Shown piece by piece: positions 10,680-20,346 of a DNA stretch of 64,000 bases. The notes under the pieces are model-generated. The model did not search any database and had not been told where the DNA came from. It was given only the letters and a program-made list of their open reading frames with translations. The position numbers and the translations under genes were made by a program. Numbering within the stretch: position 1 is the first letter of the stretch; the number at the start of each line of letters is the position of its first letter. This stretch comes from Candidatus Bathyarchaeota archaeon (GTDB lineage Archaea > Thermoproteota > Bathyarchaeia > Bathyarchaeales > Bathycorpusculaceae), in NCBI GenBank assembly GCA_963826715.1, contig CAWGYA010000002.1, positions 160,001-224,000 on the forward strand, given 5' to 3'.

Positions 10680-11130
10680 CCTTTGCCGATGGCGTAAACC
10701 TGCTGGTTGTAGGTGTCTTGAGTTGCGATGATACTGTCTCTGAGAATTGCGCGTCCACCCCAGCGTGACTGTCGGAATGCACCATCAATCCTCCAGACTA
10801 CTTCGCCTGAAGTTGCGTTTAGACATATAAACAGTGCACCTCGTGGTCGTGGGTTGTTGGCTGAGTGTTCAAGGTGTCCAAAGTATGTATAGTCGTCAGT
10901 GACAAACACTGGGCGTAGCCACCAGTTATTTGAGAATTGTTCTTCAGTATATGGGTCTTCTGCAGCGTAGGACCAAAAGCTTTTGCCGTCTGTAACGTCA
11001 TAGCAGTTGATTATTCCGCTGATGCTTGTTGAGTAGAATTTGCCGTTGGCAATAATTCTTGCAACGCTTAAGCTGTCAGCCCATGCGTTTAAGTAAGGTT
11101 CAGGTGCTGTTTCCCATAAGAATTTACCTA
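10680..11130 (-). pseudogene. Internal fragment of a PQQ-like beta-propeller surface protein
   Basis: LWET.PEPY, GIINCYD..DG...WSY, YFGHLEHS, CLNATSGEVVWR, QQVYAIGKG; no plausible start and truncated right after GKG. Confidence 0.7.
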
Positions 11131-11467
11131 CCTGTTTCAAGACTAAAGCCGTAATGTACGCGGTTTTCTTTGCCGAAAAGAACTGCAACGTTGTCTTGTT
11201 CAAAATATAAAACCTTGCAAATAAAAACATATCAAACTAATTTCTTTACAAACAGAAATAAACTTCCTACAATAATAATTGCAAACCAATCTAAATAATA
11301 ATATTTTAAATTAAACATTATTTAACTATTTTAGTTATAAAAATACAAAATCAATTCAGTAATATGAATTAATATTAACCATTATCCCATCACATTAGGT
11401 AAAACCAATACTTTAAAAAGAATATTTGATTCCTTTCAAGAACTAATCAAGAGTCAAAAAACTGAGT

Positions 11468-11599
11468 TTAGTGTCCTGAATGGGTGAAGAGGATAAGCAT
11501 GCCACATTTGGGACATTTATGGTACAATATTTTGCCGTTACTTTCGCAGTGAGGTTTCATTTCAACGTAGCATTCCGGACAAAGACGTTTTGGATCCAT
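11468..11599 (-). CDS. 43-aa CPxC/CPxCG zinc-finger microprotein (not in ORF track)
   Basis: MDPKRLCPECYVEMKPHCESNGKILYHKCPKCGMLILFTHSGH; TTATAT element upstream. Confidence 0.7.
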   Translation of the reverse strand: MDPKRLCPECYVEMKPHCESNGKILYHKCPKCGMLILFTHSGH

Positions 11600-11967
11600 T
11601 CTTCTTCAAGAAATCATTCTTTTTCTGCCGATATAACCCTTACTGGAAAAACAAGCAAAATGCAGCACTTTCTAGCACGTTCAACTAGTTATCTAAAGTC
11701 ATAATTAGCATGTTGAAGTCAAATGGCAGAATCTTACTATCGGCTAAAATTGAGCTTTTGACGGTGGTTGGCAAATGAGAGTTAGTTCATTAAAATAAGA
11801 ACGGTTAATAATGTCTATAAAAGCACAGGTAACAAGAAAACCAAATGAGGAGAGAAACCTTATTTGGCTCTCAATAACCGATTCCTTGGATACATTTTTC
11901 AATAAAGCAGTTTTTAACAAGAAACAAACACAAAATAAATCTTCAAAAGAAAAAGAAGAGGGGAAGT

Positions 11968-12612
11968 TTAGGTTTTGGTTTTTGAATTGCCTGGCATCCC
12001 TGGAGGTAGGTCTGGGAAGTTAGCACTAACACGTTGTTCTGCAATTGTTGCTGCTTCTGAAAGAATTTTTGATGCATCTTCGTTTACATTGTCGAAGTTA
12101 AGTGACATACCGCTTGTAGTACCTGCTTCAAACATCATGCCGCTTAGCATGTTTCCAATATCGCCAAGTTCACCCTCTGCCTCTGGCATAACTCCACCCA
12201 ATCCGCTGCTAACGCTGCGTAAAACACCTATACATGGTCCCAGCATAGCACAGACATCTCCGAGTTCAGAAACAGTTCGTATTCTAAGTGAAACCTGATC
12301 CAGGGCTAGTCGTGCGTTCATTATCAGTCGACTCATTTTTCGGAGTTCAGCAAGTTCAGTAGCGTAGATGTTCGCGTGCGCTTGGTCGTGCTCTGTGTAA
12401 GCTTTGACAAGTTTGGCGAAGAGTTCTTTATCTTTTTGTGTAAAACGTTCGTTTGATTGATCAAGTTTGTTGATTTGCAGATCAAGTTGTCTAACTGCAA
12501 AATCTAAGCGTGGTTTAAGTGGTGCAGGCGATTGAATTGTATTTTTTAAGGCGCCCAGCATTGATTCGCCTTGTTTTGGGGCTTCCCATTTTTTAGCAAA
12601 ACGTTCAGACAT
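11968..12612 (-). CDS. ESCRT-III/Snf7 (CdvB-like) protein
   Basis: Helical Snf7 pattern ANIYATELAELRKM...RIRTVSELGD, C-terminal FPDLP; likely start MSERFAKKW. Confidence 0.88.
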   Translation of the reverse strand: MSERFAKKWEAPKQGESMLGALKNTIQSPAPLKPRLDFAVRQLDLQINKLDQSNERFTQKDKELFAKLVKAYTEHDQAHANIYATELAELRKMSRLIMNARLALDQVSLRIRTVSELGDVCAMLGPCIGVLRSVSSGLGGVMPEAEGELGDIGNMLSGMMFEAGTTSGMSLNFDNVNEDASKILSEAATIAEQRVSANFPDLPPGMPGNSKTKT

Positions 12613-12722
12613 GTTAACATCCTCTTGAGAAGCGATACGTTGGCTGAGGCTTTTAATTGTTGCTAACATGCAGATATATACATAAAAATTTCAAAACCAA
12701 AAATTGACTTACACCCTCAACG

Positions 12723-13589
12723 TTAAAGGATTCCTCCGACTATGAAAGCAATTAAAGCAATCATCATCCCATATTTCCAAACACGACGTGCTTTCTTAGG
12801 GCTTTTAAAAAGCAGCGGTAACGAACTCAAGAAAACCGCATCAGCCACAAGAACTACTACAAAATAGCCTAAACCTAACAACTGCAATGGCCAATACGCA
12901 ATAATGCTTAAGACAACGGCTATCAGCAACAACACCAATGCAATGGCATTAGCGTTTTTGACACCGATTATTTTTGGCAGACTCTTCTGATTTGAATCTC
13001 CCCGAATATCCTCGACATCTTTTACAACTTCACGTGCAGTTATCGACAGGAATGCCGCTGCGGACATAAACAAAACAGGACCAATGTTGCCGACAATTAC
13101 TCCACCGTAGATAAACGCTAAAACCGCCTGAAGCCCTATGAAAATATTTCCAAAAACCTTGACTTTCTTCTTAAGGGTCAAATCATAAATTAACTCCAAT
13201 AGCAAAGCTGCCAAAACCACAATGAATGAGAGATAGCCAACCAACAAAGCCGCCATCAACCCCAAAACCAATGAAACGGCAAAAAGTAATCCTGAATAAA
13301 CCAAAGCGCCTTGAGAGCTTATTCTACCAGAAGGAATTGGACGCTCGGGATGATTAATTTGGTCTGTTTCGCTATCGAAGTAGTCATTTAATGTGTTGCT
13401 AGCACTAGTAAAGAGGAATCCAACGGCGAACGCTAGAACAGCAGAAAACCAAAAATCTGTTATGCCATTTCCTGAAGCGACGAAGATTGCAGCGAAAATC
13501 GCGACTGCACCTAGCATAGAGGTGAATGGTCGACCTAAAGAAAACAATGCATGCGCTTTAGCGACTGGGTTGTTTTTATTAGAACTCAT
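12723..13589 (-). CDS. UbiA-family prenyltransferase, DGGGP-synthase-like
   Basis: NDYFD, D.INHPERPIPSG, REVVKDVEDIRGD; multiple TM helices. Confidence 0.88.
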   Translation of the reverse strand: MSSNKNNPVAKAHALFSLGRPFTSMLGAVAIFAAIFVASGNGITDFWFSAVLAFAVGFLFTSASNTLNDYFDSETDQINHPERPIPSGRISSQGALVYSGLLFAVSLVLGLMAALLVGYLSFIVVLAALLLELIYDLTLKKKVKVFGNIFIGLQAVLAFIYGGVIVGNIGPVLFMSAAAFLSITAREVVKDVEDIRGDSNQKSLPKIIGVKNANAIALVLLLIAVVLSIIAYWPLQLLGLGYFVVVLVADAVFLSSLPLLFKSPKKARRVWKYGMMIALIAFIVGGIL

Positions 13590-14556
13590 AGGTTTCGGGT
13601 CCAGACGTACCTGCAATCACGGCTCTCTTGGATTTTAGAGGATACTTGGATCCCTCTATGAGTTGGTTTTTCTTGAATAGTTGTCTGTGAACAAAATAGA
13701 GGTCTTCTTCACGTTGTTTCCTAATTTGCTCTTTTTCGCCTGTTCCATAGCATTTAAGGTACTGTGTGCCAGAATTCAATGCCTTTGACCTCACTGCAAG
13801 TGCGATAAGAGTTAGCAACTGTTGATTTGACCATGTGGTTCCTGCGGAGCCCTGTTGGATATACATTAAGCTACTGAAATCAGAGCGGCAAGGCGGCAGC
13901 ATCATACCAGTGGGAAACTGAAATTTTGTGTGCCTAACAGTTACATCTATGTTGGGTAATTCACTGAAAATTTTAGGGTGCTTAATTGCCCAATCCAAGG
14001 AATAATTGATGAGAAAAACAGCGCAGAAAGATGTATTTTGCTCTGTTTTCTTTTCCAACTCTTTAAGCTGTTTTGCAAAGTTTCCTATGTGACCCGATGG
14101 CTCAAGGCTCTCCCCTAAATCACCTAAAAAGCGGAGTCTTATTTTGTATTGGTCTGCGTATTTTTCATAGATGGGAAAGAGATTTTTGAGACCAAAAAAG
14201 ATATCAGCATAATTTTCTCGATTTTTATGCTTCTCTTCGATGACGTTGATATAGCAGGCTGGCATGCCCAAGACCCGAAGCATATGTATTATTCTTAGGC
14301 AAAAAATGCCACCATCGAAGTAGGCATCTTGACCCTTCTGAGCTGTGGAGGTACGCATGCCATCAGTCATTTCATAGATGACTGTGCGGAATGTTTCGTC
14401 GTTAACGTTATTTAAGTCAAGAGAACTGCAGAGTTCACGAAAACTGCTTTTGATTGTTTTCTCGGACGGCAAATCGAATTCAGGTTGCAATAGATTCCCT
14501 CTTGAGATGCTAGTAAGGGATAATATGCGCTTAAATATAATACTTGCTTTGAACAT
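13579..14556 (-). CDS. Divergent cis-prenyltransferase-fold protein
   Basis: TDGMR, LRFLGDL, TEQNT..AVFLINYS and PNIDVTVRHT align in order with UppS-family regions. Confidence 0.65.
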   Translation of the reverse strand: MFKASIIFKRILSLTSISRGNLLQPEFDLPSEKTIKSSFRELCSSLDLNNVNDETFRTVIYEMTDGMRTSTAQKGQDAYFDGGIFCLRIIHMLRVLGMPACYINVIEEKHKNRENYADIFFGLKNLFPIYEKYADQYKIRLRFLGDLGESLEPSGHIGNFAKQLKELEKKTEQNTSFCAVFLINYSLDWAIKHPKIFSELPNIDVTVRHTKFQFPTGMMLPPCRSDFSSLMYIQQGSAGTTWSNQQLLTLIALAVRSKALNSGTQYLKCYGTGEKEQIRKQREEDLYFVHRQLFKKNQLIEGSKYPLKSKRAVIAGTSGPETYEF

Positions 14557-14693
14557 GGCCTTGTTAGCCGCTGATACAATTCAAAAGAACATTTCTCAAA
14601 AAATAAAACTGCTAACGTAACAGATTTAGAGCACGCCTACTAGACAGCAAATGATTTTTATTAACTATTAAATGTTAATTAAGCGAGAGCAAA

Positions 14694-15116
14694 ATGACAA
14701 GCAAACCCATTCCAAATTCATCAAAACTGAAAAAACAAAAAGCAGTTCGGGCTCTATTGATGGTTTCAGGAACAATCGCACTTATACTGGGCGCCATCGG
14801 AATTTTTCTGCCCATCCTGCCTACGACGCCTTTTTTGCTGCTTGCCGCCGCTTGCTATTTAAGAAGTTCAGAGCGCATGCACAAGTGGCTTCTTAGAAAC
14901 CGTTGGTTTGGGGAATACATAAAAAATTATCAGGCTGGTCGAGGGATTCCAATGAAAAGCAAGATTATAGCTTTGACTACGCTCTGGCTTGCGATACTTT
15001 ACTCGACATTTTTTGTGATCGATGAGGTTTTTATTGCTCAAATTGTGCTCTTGATTATCGCGGCTGGAGTTAGCGTTCATTTGATTAGGTTGCCAACTTT
15101 TAGGAAGAAAATATAG
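14694..15116 (+). CDS. YbaN/DUF454 membrane protein
   Basis: GIFLPILPTTPFLLLAAACYLRSS signature. Confidence 0.9.
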   Translation: MTSKPIPNSSKLKKQKAVRALLMVSGTIALILGAIGIFLPILPTTPFLLLAAACYLRSSERMHKWLLRNRWFGEYIKNYQAGRGIPMKSKIIALTTLWLAILYSTFFVIDEVFIAQIVLLIIAAGVSVHLIRLPTFRKKI

Positions 15117-15193
15117 AAAACTCTTTTGTTACACAAAAAGACCTATGAGAAACATTAAAAGCATTAGCACACAACCTATCAACACATTAAAAG

Positions 15194-16504
15194 TTGTTGG
15201 TGAAATGCTTGAGTGATAATTACGCTCCTCTCGTTGGCGACAATTATGCTCCAGATAAAATCCGAGTTATCATTCCTGTCGGTGGAAAAGCCACGCGACT
15301 TCTACCGTTAACAGCGGAAACCAGCAAAGCCTGCCTTCGTCTGCTTAACAGACCTCTGGTAGAATTTTCACTTCTTTCTCTAGCAAACCAAGGGATACGT
15401 AACTTTATTTTTGGGGTTAAAGGCTACACAAACTATCGAGACCTCTATGATTATTTTGAGTCAGGATACGGATTCTCAGCACGCTACAACATTAAACCAC
15501 GTATTCATATCAAGTATCAACCCAACTTCCCTGATTTAGGCAGCGCAGATTCCGCACGTATAAACATGGAATACTACGAAGTTAATAACCCAGTTCTTGC
15601 GGTTCAGGGCGACAACATATTCGACTTAAAAATCAAAAATTTATTAGACTTCCATAAAGAAAAATGCGCCTGTTTAACAATCGTGCTACGTGAAGTAGAT
15701 AACGTAGAGGGGTTAGGCATAGCAGATATCGATAAGAGTAACCGCATTCAACGTTTCGTTGAAAAACCCCTCCCTGAGGATGCCCCCAGCAACCTGGCCA
15801 ATACGGGGTTGTATGTTGTTTCACCTGAAGTGAAAAAGATTTTCAAGGAAAAAGGTGTGCAACAGATCATTAAAGAGAAAAAGAGATTAGATTTTGGATA
15901 TGACTTCATCCCCTACGTCATTGAGACGGGACGCCCTGTGTATGGTTATACACTTAAAGGTAGCTGGTTTGATGTGGGGACACCTAAGAGTTATTTGGAA
16001 GCTATGAAAAACCTGCTACATGGTGGCTTCTCAACCCTAGACGATTTCGGTGGCAGGTTAAGTGGCGATAGCCTGATTTGGGTACAAGGTGACAGCAATG
16101 ATTCTGAGAAACGGCGGCAAGAGATTATCTGCAAGATTAAACAAAAAAAAATAGAGATAGAGGGTGCGGTATTAATTGGTCGTCACTGCGAGATTGAGGA
16201 TGGCGCGCGCATCGCAAACAGCTGTATTGACAATTTCACGCGGATAGGGAAAAATGCTGTCATCAGTAACTCGGCAATCATGGATCGGGTAATCGTGGAC
16301 GAGAATGCGGAGGTACATGACAGCATCATTGGGCGACATGTTACTGTGAAGTCCAGCAGCCATAAACCGACTAAAATCTCGGCTGTAAGCGTTATAGCAG
16401 ACGATGTAACGCTTGAAGAAGGCTGCTCACTCGTGGCCTCAAAAGTATATCCACATCAGCGCATTCAAGGCGATTTTCAAAACCAAACAATAATTGCAAA
16501 CTAA
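15194..16504 (+). CDS. NDP-sugar pyrophosphorylase with C-terminal left-handed beta-helix
   Basis: GGKATRLLPLT, GDN, FVEKP, WFDVGT, hexapeptide repeats. Confidence 0.9.
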   Translation: MLVKCLSDNYAPLVGDNYAPDKIRVIIPVGGKATRLLPLTAETSKACLRLLNRPLVEFSLLSLANQGIRNFIFGVKGYTNYRDLYDYFESGYGFSARYNIKPRIHIKYQPNFPDLGSADSARINMEYYEVNNPVLAVQGDNIFDLKIKNLLDFHKEKCACLTIVLREVDNVEGLGIADIDKSNRIQRFVEKPLPEDAPSNLANTGLYVVSPEVKKIFKEKGVQQIIKEKKRLDFGYDFIPYVIETGRPVYGYTLKGSWFDVGTPKSYLEAMKNLLHGGFSTLDDFGGRLSGDSLIWVQGDSNDSEKRRQEIICKIKQKKIEIEGAVLIGRHCEIEDGARIANSCIDNFTRIGKNAVISNSAIMDRVIVDENAEVHDSIIGRHVTVKSSSHKPTKISAVSVIADDVTLEEGCSLVASKVYPHQRIQGDFQNQTIIAN

Positions 16505-17055
16505 GCCTTAAACCACTTGAACATCATATACTGAATTTTCTTTGTCTTCAAATCAGGCACCGCGATTATAAACCGCTTGCGCACAGTCGTTGCTAACCGC
16601 CCGTTCTTCACTATTTCCGTGGCGGAGATGTCGCTACCTGCTCTTTTGACGGTAACCATATAGGGAGCATGCTCCATACCGGGACCGTACTTGTAGACAG
16701 CAAAATCACAGCCGAATTTTATGCCCGGTGTAACAATCAACCCGCTATCACGCAGGTTATGGTAAACCAAATATTTCTCTTCAAATTCATCATAGAGTTG
16801 CATGGCTTTATGCCTTAACTCTTTGAGGCTAACTTTAGCATCGTTAGATGTTTTGCATATTTCGATTTTATCTATTTCGGCTAAGTAAAGCCCTTCCATC
16901 AGATCTAACACCAGCGGCACATCAAACTCGGGTATTTTGGGTTTTGGAATACCGACAGGTTTACCGTAGTATGCGTTTTTGTAAAGTTCAGAGCCTTCAC
17001 TGGAGTTCCAAACAATGAGAAAGTTTTCGATAAGTTCAACTTTAATTTTAACCAT
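16501..17055 (-). CDS. endA: tRNA-intron endonuclease, catalytic (alpha) subunit
   Basis: GIKFGCDFAVY..GPGMEHAPY...RLATTVRK retains the Tyr/His/Lys triad; GKPVGIPKPK loop. Confidence 0.9.
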   Translation of the reverse strand: MVKIKVELIENFLIVWNSSEGSELYKNAYYGKPVGIPKPKIPEFDVPLVLDLMEGLYLAEIDKIEICKTSNDAKVSLKELRHKAMQLYDEFEEKYLVYHNLRDSGLIVTPGIKFGCDFAVYKYGPGMEHAPYMVTVKRAGSDISATEIVKNGRLATTVRKRFIIAVPDLKTKKIQYMMFKWFKA

Positions 17056-17064
17056 TCATGGCGC

Positions 17065-17724
17065 CTACATGATGAATGAAAGCATCCGTGCGGCGTCTGC
17101 AGCGTCCTCTGCTTTGTCTGCTGAATTTTCCAATAGCTGCAAAACATCGCGTAGCAGCAACATAGCAGGAACGTCGATTTTACTGGCTAAGGTTTTTATG
17201 GTTAAGGCTCGATATTGGTCGTCAACTATGCGTTCCGCGATTTCAACGTCTTTTGCACGCTCAAGTGTTTTTTGGGAACCGTAGTTGAGAACCATCATTG
17301 TTTCGCGGAGTTTAAGAACTGAATCCAGAACCGCTAATGACAACTTGAGTAGATCTTTTTTTATGTCAGGGGGAACAGTCCAGTTGTGCTCCATTATTTC
17401 AACAAGATAGTATGCGATGCCCTCTGAGAAATCAGCGATTTCGCTTGAAAGATTCGTGAACCGAAGGAAGTCCTCTCTGGAGTAAAGGATAGCACCGATT
17501 TCAGCTAGTTCCTGGCTGACCATGCGTCGAGCTTTTACGACTTCTTCCTCCCCTGCTTTAATTTCGCTGAAGAGCTTCTGCACGTTGTCTTTATCTCCAC
17601 TTCCAAAGAATTCAACGAGTTGAGGGATTTTTCTAGTCACGTCAACTACTTTTCGCAGGTTATCTTGGCAAGCGTCTAGTGCTCTACGTTTCACGCGCTC
17701 TTCTGTTTCTGATGGAAGTACCAA
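17065..17724 (-). CDS. DUF47/PhoU-like phosphate transport regulator
   Basis: Helical repeats SREDFLRF..SEIAD and LENSADKAEDAAD. Confidence 0.85.
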   Translation of the reverse strand: MVLPSETEERVKRRALDACQDNLRKVVDVTRKIPQLVEFFGSGDKDNVQKLFSEIKAGEEEVVKARRMVSQELAEIGAILYSREDFLRFTNLSSEIADFSEGIAYYLVEIMEHNWTVPPDIKKDLLKLSLAVLDSVLKLRETMMVLNYGSQKTLERAKDVEIAERIVDDQYRALTIKTLASKIDVPAMLLLRDVLQLLENSADKAEDAADAARMLSFIM

Positions 17725-17798
17725 ATATTTCCCCCGCTTTAACATTCCCTGATTTATATTAATTAGTTTAACACGTGTCTATTAAAAAAGGTAGCTAC

Positions 17799-19556
17799 TC
17801 AACTTTTGATTTGGCTCCCTAACTCTTCAAAATTGGCTTTACACTCAAAGTATCTGTGGAGAAGTTGGGGAAGGTCACTAATGGCAGTTCGGACTTGCTG
17901 CCAGCTATCGCGGTCACGTATAGTGACTGTTTCCTCCGATAGGGTATCGTAGTCAATTGTTATACCAAGCTGAACACCTGCTTCGTCTGCTCGAGCATAG
18001 CGTCTACCTATTGAACCTGTTTCGTCGAAGTCTGTCATGAAACCCTCACATGCTAGCAACCTCTGTACTTCACGGGCTTTGGTGTCTAAACCGTCTTTGT
18101 TCATAAGGGGGTAGATATTGACTTGGATAGGCGCAATAGTGCGCGGGAAACTTAACACTACACGGTCCTCTTTTATGCCATAAGCATATTCGAGTGCAAT
18201 GTAGAAAAGACGATCGCAACCAAAACTAGGTTCCACCACATGGGGAACAAAGCGTTTTCCGCGCACCGTGGTTTTCTGTTTGCCAATTTCCACTTGCTCG
18301 GAGAAAATTTGGTAGCCATCAACCATTATGCTGCCCTTTTGCTGCAACTCATCAACTATTTGCTGAGCAGGGACTTTGGCAAGAGCGATTGCAACTTTAC
18401 CTGCGTCACCCTTGTACACAGGTCCCAGCTTTGCCATAATAGGTTTCACTGTGAGTTCCTCCGTTTCTATGGGATTTTTGTATTCTTTGTACACAGTCAT
18501 ATCTACGCCACTAGCTTGCATATGGCACTTAAGATCAAAATCAGTGCGGTATGCATGCCCTGAAACTTCCACCCAACCCCAACGATCCACTAGTACTTCC
18601 TGATCGAAGCTTTGGCTACTATAGTGGGCTTTCTCCCAGGTAAGTTTTTCGAGGAACCGTTGTCGCTCTGTGGGCACACCTATTTCAGTGAGAAGTCGTT
18701 TTGCCTGCGCCATAAAGAAGGCTTGCCATTCACTTCGGATTATACCTTTGTCGAGGGCTTCGCGTACGGTGAAGGAGGTAACATCTTCGCATTCTTTGAT
18801 TCGAGTGCTACACAGTAGAATTGGCAATATCTCGTTTTCCACTTCGCTTAGGCGGTCACAGGTTGGTTCGTCCGGGTCAAAGAAAAACTCTAAATCTGCA
18901 ATCGTGAATTCCCGCAGGCGAATTAAACCTTGACGTGGAGAAATCTCGTTGCGCAGGGCTTTGCCAATGTTTATACAACCAAACGGAAGACGTTCGCGTG
19001 CGACATTATATAATCGATTAAATTCAACAAAAATGTTCTGCGCTGCTTCTGGTCTGCCATAACCAACTGAACCTATGTAAGGTCCAATTGTGGTTTCAAA
19101 CATGGTTAAGTAACGTATAGGATCGTCGAAACCTCCACCGCAGTCTGGACAGATCACTCCGTGGCGCTGCAATTCAATTTTAATGTCATTAAGACTCATT
19201 TTTTCCGCTTCAGCATTGCTAATGCCTTTTTCCTCAAGTAGATGATCAGCGCGGAATCTTGTATGACATTTCTGGCATTCCACCATGGGTTCCTTGAAAT
19301 GAGACACGTGACCCGATGCTTCAAATACCTTGCCCGGGGCAATGACTGATGATTCCATTTCGTAAACGCCGATTTTTTTAACCATAAGATCCCGCAGTTT
19401 CGCCTCTATGTTCTGTTTAAGACGCGCACCGAGGGGACCGTAAGTGACGAAACCTCCGCTTCCACCGTAAATTTCAAAGCTATTCCAAAAGAAGCCACGA
19501 CGCTTAGCAAGTTCGTTAACTGCAACGAATTTATCGCATTGAGGTTTGTTGCTCAA
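17799..19556 (-). CDS. glyS: Glycine--tRNA ligase (alpha2 type)
   Basis: RRGFF, RPEAAQ, RNEISPRQGLIRLREF, VEPSFG, GSIGRRYARADE; TTG start inferred. Confidence 0.96.
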   Translation of the reverse strand: MSNKPQCDKFVAVNELAKRRGFFWNSFEIYGGSGGFVTYGPLGARLKQNIEAKLRDLMVKKIGVYEMESSVIAPGKVFEASGHVSHFKEPMVECQKCHTRFRADHLLEEKGISNAEAEKMSLNDIKIELQRHGVICPDCGGGFDDPIRYLTMFETTIGPYIGSVGYGRPEAAQNIFVEFNRLYNVARERLPFGCINIGKALRNEISPRQGLIRLREFTIADLEFFFDPDEPTCDRLSEVENEILPILLCSTRIKECEDVTSFTVREALDKGIIRSEWQAFFMAQAKRLLTEIGVPTERQRFLEKLTWEKAHYSSQSFDQEVLVDRWGWVEVSGHAYRTDFDLKCHMQASGVDMTVYKEYKNPIETEELTVKPIMAKLGPVYKGDAGKVAIALAKVPAQQIVDELQQKGSIMVDGYQIFSEQVEIGKQKTTVRGKRFVPHVVEPSFGCDRLFYIALEYAYGIKEDRVVLSFPRTIAPIQVNIYPLMNKDGLDTKAREVQRLLACEGFMTDFDETGSIGRRYARADEAGVQLGITIDYDTLSEETVTIRDRDSWQQVRTAISDLPQLLHRYFECKANFEELGSQIKS

Positions 19557-20346
19557 TTGTAATCCCTTTTTAGTGCTTAGAGGACACAGAGAATTAAAAC
19601 ATTCCCATAACTGAAAAGGTTTTTTTGAAGATTCGCGAAGTAAAATCATTTTTTTAATTTAAATAATGCACAGAAGTAACTAAAAAAATAAGCTCTGTAA
19701 GCAATAAGGGATGTTGCTGCAGTCAGTTCAATAATTGCCTAAACAAAAAACCTGTAATTCAATTGGGCAATCAGTTTTACTTAACTTTTATTTTTAGGCT
19801 CCTGATTGGTTAGCATTTTTTATCATATTACCTTTTTATTGAATTCGCAGATTTACTTCGCAAAAACAAAGGCGATCCCGTTTTTCATCTCAATCCTAGT
19901 TAGCAAGGGGAAAAGTGTAGAATTTCTTTTTCATATTAGCACACTTCATATTGGTTCCATGAGCAATTATATTGGTTTTCATAAGCCTTTGAATTAAGAA
20001 AATAACCAACCCCCAGTTTTAATAAAGTTAATAAGAAAGTCTAATTCACTCTAAAAATACAACTTACAATCGGCTAATAATTAACTGAATTCAAAGACAA
20101 ACAACCAGCATCCAAGTGATTTACGCTACACATACACTCTACCCCCGCAATAATCACAGCAAACGTTCACTATAAATACTAAGTCTAGAGAAAAAATCCC
20201 AAAATAAAGGGGGATTTTAAAACTTTAAATGTTAGAAAGAAAGTTTCCTCAGGCAATATTTATAGGATAAGGTCTACAATCAAACAGCATTAAAAATATC
20301 CCTCGTTAAGCGTAGTAGTTGATTTAAACCACGCAAAAACGTTACG

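Noticed and set aside
11968-12612. ESCRT-III as a novel eukaryote-like system
   Set aside because: Stand-alone CdvB-like paralogs are well known in TACK archaea, and no vps4/cdvA is in the window
15211-15253. DNYAP duplication at the NDP-sugar synthase N-terminus
   Set aside because: Tiny degenerate duplication with no evident function
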